Source: Heterodontus francisci (taxonomy: Eukaryota). Taken from it: a DNA stretch of 64,000 bases. The notes beneath the pieces are model-generated. The model did no database searches. It saw nothing but the letters and a program-made list of their open reading frames with translations, and had not been told where the DNA came from. Shown one piece after another: positions 23,701 to 35,139 of the stretch. The position numbers and the translations under genes were made by a program. How positions within the stretch are numbered: the stretch's first letter is position 1; each line of letters starts with the position of its first letter. The stretch is taken from NCBI RefSeq assembly GCF_036365525.1, contig NC_090409.1, positions 39,256,437 to 39,320,436 on the forward strand, read 5' to 3'.

Positions 23701-25988
23701 TCCTCAACCCGATACGGCCAGACTTTGCCCCCTCCCTGGACCCAAAACCCAATCCTCAGTCCTGATGACCCTACTCCCCATGCTCAGAGGCAATTCCCAG
23801 TTCTATTCCAGACTCCTGATCCCAGTGCTCAGGACCCCATCCCAGTACCACTGGATCCCAGTCACCCATCCCAGTGTTACCGAGTGTTACTCAGTGTCCA
23901 CATTCCACTGTTCACATCACAGGGATTATTCTGAAGACATTAAGAGCAGTGGATGTGGTGTATATGGATTTTAGCAAGGCGTTTGATAAGGTTCCCCATG
24001 GTAGGCTCATTCAGAAAGTAAGGAGGCATGGGATACAGGGAAAGTTGGCTGCATGGATACAAAATTGGCTGGCCCATGGAAGACAGAGGGTGGTAGTAGA
24101 TGGAAAGTATTCAACATGGAGCTCGGTGACCAGTGGTGTTCCGCAGGGATCTGTTCTGGGACCTCTGCTCTTTGTGATTTTTATAAATGACTTGGGTGAG
24201 GAAGTTGAAGGCTGGGTTAGCAAGTTTGCCGATGACACGAAGGTTGCTGGAGTTGTGGATAGTGTGGAAGGCTGTTGTAGGTTGCAACGGGACATTGACA
24301 GGATGCAGAGCTGGGCTGAGAAGTGGCAGATGGAGTTCAACCTGGAAAAGTGTGAAGTGATTCATTTTGGAAGGTCGAATTTGAATACAGAATACAGGCT
24401 TAAAGACAGGATTCTTGGCAGTGTGGAGGAACAGAGGGATCTTGGGGTCCATGTCCATAGATCGCTCAAAGTTGCCACCCAAGTTGATAGGGTTGTTAAG
24501 AAGGCGTATGGTGTGTTGGCTTTCATTAACAAGGGGATTGAGTTTAAGAGCCGTGAGGTTATGCTGCAGCTCTATAAGGCCCTGGTTCGACCACACTTGG
24601 AATATTGTGTTCAGTTCTGGTCGCCTCATTATAGGAAGGATGTGGAAGCTTTATTGAGGGTGCAGAGGAGATTTACCAGGATGCTGCCTGGACTGGAGGG
24701 CATGTCTTACGAAGAAAGATTGAGGGAGCTCAGGCTTTTCTCATTGGAGCGAAGATGGATGAGAGGTGACTTGATAGAGGGGTACAAGATGATGAGAGGC
24801 ATAGATAGAGTGGATAGCCAGAGACTTTTTCCCAGGGTGGAAAGGGCTATTACCAGGGGGCATAATTTTAAGGTGATTGGAGGAAGGTTTCGGGGAGATG
24901 TCAGAGGTAGGTTCTTTACACAGAGAGTGGTGGGTGCGTGGAATGCGTTGCCAGTGGTGGTAGTAGAAGCGGATACATTAGGGACATTTAAGCAACTCTT
25001 GGATAGGTACATGGATGACAGCAGAATGAAGGGTAGGTAGTTAGTTTGATCTTCGAGTAGGTTAAAGGTTCGGCACAACATCGTGGGCCGAAGGGCCTGT
25101 ACTGTGCGATGTTCTATTAACTGCCTTCCTTTCAGGTCTCATGATCATTATGTGTAATGTGAACCGACTGTGTCCACTCCCTCAATGGGCCCACTCACAG
25201 TGAACACAGCACCTTAAAGCAAAATGAATTCCTGATATAATGAAGACTATTCCCCAGTAATATACACATTACTGATTTCAGTCCCAGACACCCAGACAAA
25301 TGTTCTTTCCAGGAGATAGCTAACTGCAGTCTGCATAAATTCACAAGGTTAACACCATCCAGGAAGATAAATCCTGATATAATCCATGTCACCAGCAGCC
25401 CCGAGCTCTGCTGAAATGTGAGAGCAGTCACAGCGTTTACCTGAAACAGCAGCAACAGCATTTAGCAGCAGCAGCAGGAGGAGGGGTTTCTGTAAGTTGG
25501 GTCCCTGCAACAAAAAAACACAGTTACCCCCCTTTACCACAGTTTCTTGCTGCTCATGTCCATTTCTGAGCCGGGACAGGACACAGTCCATGGTCCCGCT
25601 CCCCATTACTGACCCTCCTCCCTCCCGGCTCTGAGACACATTGAGACCGGGAGCAGCCCTGACACAGTCCATGGTCCCACTCCCCATTACTGACCCCCCT
25701 CCCCCCGGCTCTGAGACACATTGAGACCGGGAACAGCCCTGACACAGTCCATGGTCCCTCTCCCCATTACTGACCTCCCTCCCTCCCGGCTCTGAGACAC
25801 ATTTAGACCGGGAGCAGCCCTGACACAGTCCATGGTCCCGCTCCCCATTACTGACCCCCCTCCCTCCCACCCGGCTCTGAGACACATTGAGACCGGGAGC
25901 AGCCCTGACACAGCCCATGGTCCCTCTCCCCATTACTGACCGCCTGGGTGTGAGACACTGACAGTACCTGCAGTGCTTTTCCATCCAT
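17655..25988 (-). CDS. Copy B: complete single-IgV B7/BTN-like membrane protein, about 211 aa
   Basis: Exons 25988-25968 (MDGKALQ), 25504-25441 ([21 protein letters not shown]), 21473-21141 (IgV), 20251-20198 (stalk), 19852-19750 (TM), 17715-17655 (tail). All GT-AG, phases 0,1,1,1,2; 636 nt in total. Confidence 0.85.
18160..18516 (-). mobile_element. Full-length tRNA-derived V-SINE (HE1-like), present only in copy B
   Basis: Head ggggcggcacagtggcgcagtggttagc, V-SINE core gtgggtttcctccgggtgctccggtttcctcccaca, CR1-type tail with (tgaac)n, TSD tgt; empty site in A and C. Confidence 0.9.
19140..19466 (+). mobile_element. CR1 3' fragment inside the L2 remnant of copy B
   Basis: RGHKFKV-like and QRVV..WNALP coding remnant plus gggccgaagggcc tail. 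Confidence 0.75.
19750..19852 (-). CDS. Copy B transmembrane exon
   Basis: [34 protein letters not shown]; tctag acceptor, gtgagt donor. Confidence 0.85.
20198..20251 (-). CDS. Copy B stalk exon ([18 protein letters not shown])
   Basis: 54 nt; ttcttcag acceptor, gtaaat donor. Confidence 0.8.
21141..21473 (-). CDS. Copy B IgV exon
   Basis: 333 nt, phase 1-1; [22 protein letters not shown] and DQNEYRC. Confidence 0.92.
22010..23600 (-). mobile_element. Older CR1 LINE, RT region and 3' end, decayed
   Basis: Fragmented ORFs: [35 protein letters not shown]. Confidence 0.9.
23945..25117 (+). mobile_element. 5'-truncated CR1 LINE with an open RT frame
   Basis: ORF 23874-25040 from [14 protein letters not shown] to the C-terminus; CR1 3' tail. 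Confidence 0.95.
25441..25504 (-). CDS. Copy B signal-peptide exon
   Basis: ttgcag acceptor, G|gtaaac donor, poly-Leu core ending AVAAVS; identical layout at 62861-62924. Confidence 0.85.
25565..25945. repeat. Minisatellite of about 80-bp unit (about 4.7 units) in intron 1 of copy B
   Basis: ccggctctgagacacattgagaccggg...ccccattactgacc recurs at 25625, 25705, 25786 and 25871. Confidence 0.9.
25968..25988 (-). CDS. Copy B first coding exon (MDGKALQ)
   Basis: ATG GAT GGA AAA GCA CTG CAG|gtactg; phase 0 fits the leader exon; conserved at 63273-63293 and 33501-33521. Confidence 0.65.
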
Positions 25989-26199
25989 TGCCCCGATTCT
26001 GGATCATCCCCTCCCGGAGACAGGAGACTGGGAATCAGCTGCTCAGCTGTTGTCAGATAACAGTGCCAGTTATACCTTCCAACACAAGGACCAAGTGGGC
26101 GGGGTCGAGACAGAGGGGGAAAAAAAATCAGTCCCGGTCCCTGTGTCGGAGTCCAGACAGAGGGGGAAATCAGTCTCGGCCACTGCGCCTGTGTCGATG

Positions 26200-26770
26200 T
26201 CGGGTAGGTATACCCACAGTGCTGTTAGGAAGGGAGTTCCAGGGTTTTGACCCAGCGACAGTGATGGAACAGCGATTATAGTTCCAAGTCAGGATGGTGT
26301 GTGACTTGGAGGGGAACTTGCAGGTGGTGGTGTTCCCATGCATCTGCTGCCCTTGTCCTTCTAGGTGGTAGAGGTCGTGAGTCTGGAAGGTGCTGTTTAA
26401 AAGGAGCCTTGGTGAGTTGCTGCAGTGCATCTTATAGATGGTACACACTGCTGTCACTGTGCAGTGGTGGAGGGAGTGAATGTTTGGGGATGGGGTGCCA
26501 ATCAAGCGGGCTGCTTTGTCCTGGATGGTGTCGAGCTTCTTGAGTGTTGTTGGAGCTGCACCCATCCAGGCAAGTGGAGAGTATTCCATCACACTCCTGA
26601 CTTTTACCTTATAGATGGTGGACAGGCTTTGGGGAGGCAGGAGGTGAGTTACTCGCCGCAGGATTCCCAGTCTTTGACCTGCTCTTGTAGCCATGGTATT
26701 TCTGTGATTGGTCCAGTTCAGTTTCTGGTTAATGCTGACCCCCCCAGGATGTTGATTCTGGGGGATAGTT
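26200..26770 (-). mobile_element. Family-2 LINE RT C-terminal fragment
   Basis: ORF 26170-26694 closely matches the C-terminal part of 16058-17413. Confidence 0.9.
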
Positions 26771-27164
26771 CAAAGTCAGGTGAGTGACCTGGAAGGGAAC
26801 ATGCTTACACCAACTGCACCGTTTTTCTATCCTTGCTTATATGAATATATATATATTTTTTCCACTTGTTTTGCTCTCTGCAATTCTTCAAATTAAATTT
26901 TAGATTCCACAGTGATAGAATATTACAAACAAGCCTGGCCTCAGCCTGGACAGAAACAAAACAAATTGACTGGAATTATAAACTCTATCCTGCTTTCCAG
27001 TCACTGACATTTTTATCAGAACTGGTCAAAGTATTTTTCTGGTTTTTGATTTCAGTATTTTACTGTCATCTTGTTTTAGCTCAATTGCTACTGGTGGGTT
27101 CTCATGTCAATCAGTGTAGCCCCACCCCACCCCACCACATCCAGCAGGTGGACTTTATGCTAAT

Positions 27165-30100
27165 CATAGAAAGGTTACGACCCTCAAAGAAGCCACTTGG
27201 CCCATCGTGTCTGTGCCCACCAAAAAAAGAGCCACCCAGCTTAATCACATCTTCCAGCATTTGGTCTGTAGCCCTTATAGATTATGGCACTTGAGGTGCA
27301 TATCAAGGCACCTTTTCAATGAGTTGAGGGTTTCTGCCTCAATTGCCTGTTCAGGCAGCGAGTTCCAGACCCCACCACCCTCTGTGTGAACAGTTTTTCC
27401 TTGTCTCCCCTCTAATTCTTCCATCAATCACTTTCAACCTGTGCTCCCTTGTCACTGACTTGTCTGCTCAGGTAAATAGAGCCTCCCCATCCACTCTATC
27501 CAGGCCCGTCAGAATTTTATATATCTCAAATCAAATCTCCCCTTAGCCTTCTCTGTTCCAAAGGGAACAACCCCAGCCTATCCAATCTTTCCTCATAGCT
27601 GTATTTTTCCAGTCCCGGCAACATCCTAGTAAATCTCCACTGTACCCTCCAGTGCAATTCCACCCTTTCTGTAATGAGGTGACCAGAACTGCACACAGTA
27701 CTCCAATTGTGGCCTAACCAATGAGTTATACAGTTCCAGCATAACCTCCCTGCTCTTATATTCTATACTTCAGCTAATAAAGAAAATAATTCCATATGCA
27801 TTCTTAACCACCTTATCGACCTGTCCTGCTACCTTCAGGGATCTGTGGACATTCACTCCAAGGTCCCTCACTTCCTCTGCACTTCACAGTATTCTCCCAT
27901 TAATCGTGTATTCCTTTGCCTTGTTTGACCTCTCCAAATGCATCACCTCACACTTCTCCAAGTTGAATTACATTTGCCATTTTTCTCCCCACCTGCCCAG
28001 ACCATTGACATCTTCCTACAGTCTACAGCTATCCTCCTCCCTATCTACCACACGGCCAGTTTTTGTGTCGTCTGCAAATTACTTGATCATACCCCCTAAC
28101 ATTTATGTCCAAATCGTTAATATATACCACAAAAAACAGGGGACCCAATACTGAGCCCTGCAGAATGCCACTGGAGACAACCTTCCACCTTCCAATTACC
28201 TTGTGTTTCCTGCCACTGAGTCAATTTTGTATCCAGCTTGCTACATTTCCCTGGATCCCATTGGCTTTTATTTTTCTGACCAGTCTGCCATGTGGGACCT
28301 TGTCAAAAACCTTGCTAAAATCCATGTAGACCACATCAACTGCACTACCTTCATCTATCCTCCTTGTTATTTCTTCAGAAGAATTCAAATTCTCAGACAC
28401 GATTTTCCATTAATAAATCCATGCTGACTATCCTTGATTAATCCATATCCTTCTAAGGTGACAGTTTATCCTGTCTCTCAGAATTCATTCCACTAATTTG
28501 CATACTATCGGAGGTTAAATTGACTGGTCTGGAATTACTCAGTCTTTATGCCCTCTCTTTGCTTTCCTAATTTCCTTTTTGATTTCACCCTCCACTTTCT
28601 GTCGTATTGAGTTCAGTGTCAGACATAAGCTTTCCTTCTCTGCCTTATCTTACTCTGTGAGCTCATTGACATCCACCAGGCTCTAGATTTGGCCGTCCCA
28701 CCCTTTTTCTTTGTGGGAACATGTTTACTCTGAACCACTTGAATCTCCCCTTTGCCTACATATCTACTCTTCTACCTCCCTCTGTCTGTTTGGGGATCTG
28801 TAGTACATTCCTAGCAGTGATTGTCCCTTTTTGTTCCTTAGATCAATCCATGTGGCCTCATTTGATGAACCTTCCAACATATCATCCCTCCTCACAGTTG
28901 TAATAGTTTCCTCAACCAAAATTGCCACTTCCCCTCCTTTCTTATCCCCCTTCCGATTGAGTCTGAAAACCCTGTGACCAGGAACATTGAGCTGCCATTC
29001 CTGTCCCTCTTTAAGCCATGTTTCTGTAATAGCTATGATATCATACTGTCAGGTGTCTATCTGTGCCCTCAGCTCATCTGCTTTATTTGCCATCCTCCAT
29101 GCAATGAAATAGTTAGCCTGGAGCACTGCCAAACTCTTCTTTTCCAATCTTTGTTTCCTCGGCCTTCCAGACTCATCCACTAATTTTCTGCCTTCCGTTT
29201 TCATTTCTGATTTTGCCCCAACAGAGTCTACGCTCTGGTCCCCATCCTTCGCTAAACAAGTTTAAACGCTCCCCAACAGCACTGGCAAAATGTCCTGCAA
29301 GGAACTCAGTCCTGGCTCTGTACAAGTGCAACCCATCCAGGCTATACTGGTCCCAATGTCCTAAGAATCTAAAGCCCTCCCTCCTGCACCAACTTTCTAG
29401 CCATGCATTCATCTGTCTTATTCTCCTATTCCTGTACTCACTTGCACTTGGCACTGGGAGTAATTGGGAGATTACTACTTTTGAGGTCCTGCTTGCTAAC
29501 TTCTTACCTAGTTCAGTGAACTCTTTGATACCAATGAAGTACACAGAAAGAGGGATGTGGTCCTGTACAATGAGGATCATAACTGCTGGATGTTCACCCT
29601 CCCTCTTCAGGGTGCTCTGCAGCCGCTCAGTGACATCCTTGACCCTGGCACCAGGGAGGCAACACACCATCCTGGATTCACATCTGCAGCCACAGAAACA
29701 CCTGTCTATTCCTCTATCAAATCTCCTATCACTATCTCCTTGTGCCCCCCTGTACAACTGATCCACCCATGGTACCATGGCCTTGGCTCTGGCGGCACTC
29801 CCCAGATGAACCATCACGTTCCTCAGTATTCAGAACGGAATACCTGTTGGTCAGAGAGATGCACTCGGGGGTCTCCTACACTGACATTTCTCTTGACTTT
29901 CTGGTGGTCACCCATTCCCTCTCTCCCTGCATACCTGTAAGCTGTTGGGTGACCATAATTATAAAAATGCTATCTATGAATCTCTCATACTCATGGATGC
30001 ACCACAGTGACCCCAGCTGTTGCTCAAGTTCCAAAACCCAGAGCTCAAGCTGCTGCAACTGATGATACTTCCTGCACATATAGTTATCCAGCACACGGGA

Positions 30101-30680
30101 AGTTTCCTGAAGTTTCCACTCAGCACAGGATGTGCACTCCAGAAGTTGGAGCAGCCCTGTCATTCCTCTATTTAAATAGTAATCTTGGTACTACAATTAA
30201 ACCCTGCTGCCACGAATACTAAAATCCCACCAGTAGTAATAATAACCTTAATGCTGCTAATACTAAACTTTACCAATATTAATATTTACCACTATTAATA
30301 TACCCGACGAATGTTGCTGCTCTAGCCATAGTCCCAAAGGACCACAGGCATCTCTCCCCATTAGAGAGAGACAACGGGTGATGTATAGCTTGAGGGTCAC
30401 CACTCCAAGTGTGGGGCAAGGTGAGGAGGCAGGCCTGTGTGAGCTACCACAACTGGTACGGGGATTTTATACCAGTACTAAATACTACCATTATAACATT
30501 ACCAACAGTAATAAACCCGATTTAAAAATAAAAAGACCAGCTGCCCACTTATTACTTGTTATTAATACTTATTAACATTTTTAAACTCCCAGTTGTTTAA
30601 TCAGACCCGAAGCAGCAAATACTCACCAGCCGATCAACTCACCGCTTTCCTGTAATGTCACGGGTTGATTTCTCTCTTTC
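27165..30680 (-). mobile_element. Long decayed CR1 LINE including ORF1 (Cys-rich region and SGNH-esterase-like domain) and internally deleted ORF2
   Basis: ORF1 remnants CTSC..YMCRKY..LELWVLELEQQL (29876-30163) and CCLPGARVKDV..DGLHL (29173-29817); RT and 3' tail remnants 27165-28550. Confidence 0.8.
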
Positions 30681-30739
30681 AAACTCCAGTGTGTGTAGCC
30701 AGGAGGTTCCTTGCAGGTCCACCACCGCTCCCTGCAGGT

Positions 30740-31233
30740 AATGAATGAGTTGCATTTGGAAATATGACGTCAGGGAATACAGCTTCAGCCAATGGGAAGC
30801 GGGTGGGTGGGGTGTAAATCATCACTGCCTTGATTGACATGGCGGTGGGCCAATAGGAATACAGTGTGCAGCAGCTGAGTGTGACAGTTTGGTGTGACAT
30901 CGGAGTGTCTCTTGCCCGCTCCCTTCGTCACTCTCCCACTTCGCCACTTCTCTGGGCAGGCAATGGCGAGCAGCCACTGCACAAGGTCCTCCCGCCATAG
31001 TATTCTGAGAGTGTGGCTCCCTCTCAGGCTGGAAGCACCAAAATATGGTTTTGCTGTGTAATGCAAATGTACGTTGTATGCAAGAGGGAATGGAAGGGTT
31101 GTGAGACAAATCACTTTCAGTATTGCAGGAAACAGATTTATTTTGCACTTTCTGGAATGTCGATTTGGAATATTTTTGTAATGTATTTTTCACAGATTTT
31201 TATGAATAAAGTACACTTTTGGGGAAAAAAAAA
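30740..31233 (+). mobile_element. Putative internally deleted L1/Tx1-type element (promoter-like 5' part, ATG, 3' UTR, poly(A))
   Basis: CRE TGACGTCA 30765-30772, CCAAT at 30789 and 30850, ATG 30963, AATAAA 31205 and A tract 31225-31233; an inverted copy of the 3' part lies at about 31383-31540. Confidence 0.4.
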
Positions 31234-31569
31234 CAGGGAGCAGCTGGGAGTGACGGGATGCAGCAGTGAGAAGGCGGGTGCTGGAGAGAGCGGGATATTA
31301 ATAATTTATGTTATATCTTAGATTGCAATGAATGGTAAAAAGAAAGCCTGACCTCAGCTGGACAGAATCAAAGCAAATGTGACTTTTTCCAAAAATTTAC
31401 TTGATTCATATAAATCTGTAAAAAAATACATTTCAATACAGTGCAAACCAGTTCCAAATTGACATTCCAGAAAGTGCAAAAGAAATCAGTTTTCTTCAAG
31501 ACAGAGGATGAGTTGCCTCACAACCCTTCCATTCCATTTGACACACAAATTGACTGGAATTATAAACTC

Positions 31570-32910
31570 AAACCTTTGACCTCGCCAGCCAACGTGATCT
31601 CTTCAGACTATTGGCAAAGATCAGATGTCCACCAAAGCTACTAAGTATCATCACCTCATTCCATGACAATATGAAAGGCACAATTCAGCATAGCGGCGCC
31701 TCATCAGAGCCCTTTCCTATCCTGAGTGGCGTGAAACAGGGCTGTGTTCTCGCACCTACACTGTTTGGGATCTTCTTCTCCCTGCTGCTCTCACATGTGT
31801 TCAAGTCTTCAGAAGAAGGAATTTTCCTCCACACAAGATCAGGGGGCATGTTGTTCAACCTTGCCTGTCTAAGAGCCAAGACCAAAGTACGGAAGGTCCT
31901 CATCAGGGAACTCCTCTTTGCTGATGATGCTGCTTTAACATCTCACACTGAAGAGTGTCTGCATATACTCATCGACAGGATTGCGGCTGTCTGCAATGAA
32001 TTTGGCCTAACCATTAGCCTCAAGAAAACGAACATCATGGGACAGGACGTCAGAAATGCTCCATCCATTAATATCGGTGACCACTCTCTGGAAGTGGTTC
32101 AAGAGTTCACCTACCTAGGCTCAACTGTCACCAGTAACCTGTCTCTAGATGCAGAAATCAACAAGCGCATGGGAAAGGCTTCCACTGCTGTGTCCGGACT
32201 CGCCAAGAGAGTGTGGGAAAATGGCGCACTGACACGGAACACAAAAGTCCGAGTATATCAAGCCTGTGTCATCAGTACCTTGCTGTATGGCAGCGAGGCC
32301 TGGACAACGTATGTCAGCCAAGAGCGACGTCTCAATTCATTCCATCTTCGCTGCCTCTGGAGAATACTTGGCACCAGGTGGCACGACCGTATCTCCAACA
32401 CAGAAGTCCTCGAGGCGGCCAACATCCCCAGCTTATACACACTACTGAGTCAGCGGCGCTTGAGATGGCTTGGCCATGTGAGCCGCATGGAAGATGGCAG
32501 GATCCCCAAAGACACATTGTACAGTGAGCTAGTCACTGGTATCAGACCCACCGGCCGTCCATGGCTCCGCTATAAAGACGTCTGCAAACGTGACATGAAA
32601 TCCTGTGACATTGACCACAAGTCGTGGGAGTCACTTGCCAGCGATTACCAGAGCTGACGGGCAGCCATAAAGGCGGGGCTGAAGTGTTGCGAGTCGAAGA
32701 GACTTAGCAGTTGGCAGGAAAAAAGACAGAAGCGCAAGGAGAGAGCCAACTGTGTAACAGCCCCGACAACCAATTTTATCTGCAGCACCTGTGGAAGAGT
32801 CTGTCACTCTAGAATAGGCCTTTATCGCCACTCCAGGCGCTGCTCCACAAACCACTGACCACATCCAGGCGCTTACCCATTGTCTCTCGAGACAAGGGGG
32901 TCAAAGAAGA
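31570..32910 (+). mobile_element. 5'-truncated RTE-clade LINE
   Basis: GVKQGCVLAPTLF, LLFADDAAL, YGSEAW and RLRWLGHVSRM..RIPK motifs, then a C-terminal CxxC..H remnant; the empty site is visible in the related sequence at 26961-27000. Confidence 0.92.
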
Positions 32911-33221
32911 TCCTGCTTTCCACTCAATGAGGTTTTATTACAACTGCTTAAAGTATTTATTTCACAATTTTGTTGTTTTAGCTCAATTTCTTTTGGGACA
33001 TTGTAATGTCAAACAGCGCAGACCCGCCCCTTGCAGAGCAGCACATCATTGCTCAGCAGTCAGGAAACGGCTGCTGTTTTCAGTTAAATCCACACTGAAC
33101 AGATAGCCCCTTGTCCGCCTTCTGATGAACTTCATTTCCTGCACCATCTGCTCTGCGTTGTAAACTGATTAAAAACAAATAGGCAGCAACCGCAAACAGC
33201 AGCATTTATCAGCAAGGAGCC

Positions 33222-33480
33222 GCTCCCCATGACTGACCTCCCGGCTCTGAGACACATTGAGACCGGGAGCAGCCCTGACACAGTCCATGGTCCCTCTCCC
33301 CATTACTGACCTCCCCTCCCTCCCAGCTCTGAGACACATTGAGACCGGGAGCAGCCCTGACACAGTCCATGGTCCCTCTCCCCATTACTGACCCCCCTCC
33401 CTCCCGGCTCTGAGACACATTGAGACCGGGAGCAGCCCTGACACAGTCCATGGTCCCGCTCCCCATTACTGACCCCCCGG
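33222..33480. repeat. Second array of the 80-bp minisatellite (about 3 units)
   Basis: Same unit as 25565-25945. Confidence 0.9.
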
Positions 33481-33500
33481 GTGTGAGACACTGACAATAC

Positions 33501-33521
33501 CTGCAACACTTTTCCATCCAT
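33501..33521 (-). other. Orphan duplicate of exon 1 (MDGKVLQ)
   Basis: ATG GAT GGA AAA GTG TTG CAG|gtattg, with flanks homologous to 25945-26045; no intact leader or IgV exon of its own. Confidence 0.65.
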
Positions 33522-34079
33522 TGCCCCGATCCTGGATCATCTCCTCCCGGAGACAGGGAAGCTGCTGCTCAGGGGCAGAAACAGCAGACTGAGAGAGAAA
33601 GGACAGAGCAGTTTCCTAACGTTCACCGGCCAATCATGTGCGAGTCCGCTCTGTCCATCAGGCCTCTGCCCGCCCACTATAAACACCCCTTCTCCTGATC
33701 TCTGATCACCTGCTGAGGATTTCTTCAGTTGCTTTTATGACACCAGATGTCCGGATTTCTGATCAATTGTTTTATTATTTCTAACGCACCTGCTGAGTAT
33801 TTCCAATACAAACAAGAAATGCTGGAAATACTCAGCAGGCCTAGCAGCATTTGTACAAAGAGAAACAGAGTTAACGTTTGAGCTCAGTGACCCTTCATCA
33901 GAACCGACAATTTTCTTTTATTCATTCACTGGATGTGGGCGTCACTGGCCAGACCAGAATTTATTGTCCATCCCTAATTGCCCTTGAGAAGATGGTGGTG
34001 AGCTGCCTTCTTGAACCACTGCTGTCCATCTGGGGTAGGTACACCCACAGTGCTGTTAGGAAGGGAGTTCCAGGATTTT

Positions 34080-34593
34080 GACCCATGCGGGTACCCATAG
34101 CAACACCTTTTACTTGAAGGAGGTGAGTGGAGTTGAAGGAGAAGTTGTTCAATGTGAGAACAAGTTCAGTCAGGCGGAGGAGGGTGGTGGTGGATGGGGA
34201 CTGGTTGGACCTCTGTTGAAGGAAGAAGCGGAGAGCCCTCATCATTATGGTGGGGGATGGAGGTGTAGAGAGAGTGGACGTCCATCGTGAAGAGGAGGCG
34301 GTTGGGGCCAGGAAACTGGAAATTGTCAAGATGGTGTTGGACGTCAGAAGAGTCAAGGATGTGGGTGGGAAGAAATTGGACCAGCGGAGAAAAGATAGTC
34401 AGGATAGGAAGAAATAAGTTTAGTGGGGCAGGAACAGACTGAAACAATGGGTCTGCCGGGACAGTCCTGTTTGTGGATTTTGGGAAGGAGGTAGAAGCAG
34501 GCTGTCCGGTGTTGTGGGACTATGAGGTTGGAAGCTGTAGAGGGAAGATCACCAGGGGAGATGAGGTCAGTGACAGTCCTGTGGACAGTCTCC
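34080..34593 (-). mobile_element. Penelope-like element RT fragment
   Basis: FYLLPKIHK..PGRPIVS, TMDVHSLYTSIPH and NNFSFN...KGVAMGTRMG motifs. Confidence 0.85.
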
Positions 34594-34629
34594 ATTATAT
34601 TTGGTGTTGTGGAAATGTTGTGTGCACTG

Positions 34630-35015
34630 GACGAACTGACAAAGGCCGTCAGGTCCTTCAAGACAAGTAAAACTCCCAGAAGTGACAGCTTACCGGTTGA
34701 GTTGTATTCGGCCCTGTGGGACTGGATCGGCCCAGACCTGCTGGAAGTATACGAGAGTATGCTTCTGGCCGGCAGCAATCAATGGGTGGGAATCAGAAAG
34801 TTTCTCGATCCAATCTGGCGTCAGACAGGGCTGTCCTCTCTCCCTGTCCTGTTTGTTTGCTGTATCGAACCCTCTGCTGAGTCTATTCGGAAGGATGCGA
34901 GCATAAGAGGGGTGACAATCCCAGGCAGCGGAGTCACTCCGGTTAAAACCTCCCTGTACATGGATGACGTCGCTGTCTTCTGCTTGGATCAGCTGTTCGT
35001 TCGCAGACTGATGAA
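34630..35015 (+). mobile_element. L1/Tx1-clade RT fragment
   Basis: KTPRSDSLPVELY, SGVRQGCPLS and SLYMDDV motifs. Confidence 0.8.
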
Positions 35016-35139
35016 TTAATTTAATTAAATTCAAACAAGGAAGAATGAAAGAGTTCTCCATGTTCCACATAATTTAGAAAGGGAGATGACTGAAATATTT
35101 GTCCTGATTTTCACCTGGGTGGGTGGGAAAGTGCGGTGG

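Noticed and set aside
25505-25563. Alternative start MDMSSKKLW just upstream of the leader exon
   Set aside because: Out of frame with the leader, stops at once, and would need a 33-nt intron.
25349-25984. 211-aa ORF spanning exon 1, the minisatellite and the leader
   Set aside because: Mostly minisatellite translation and absent in copy C; the spliced MDGKALQ model is conserved instead.
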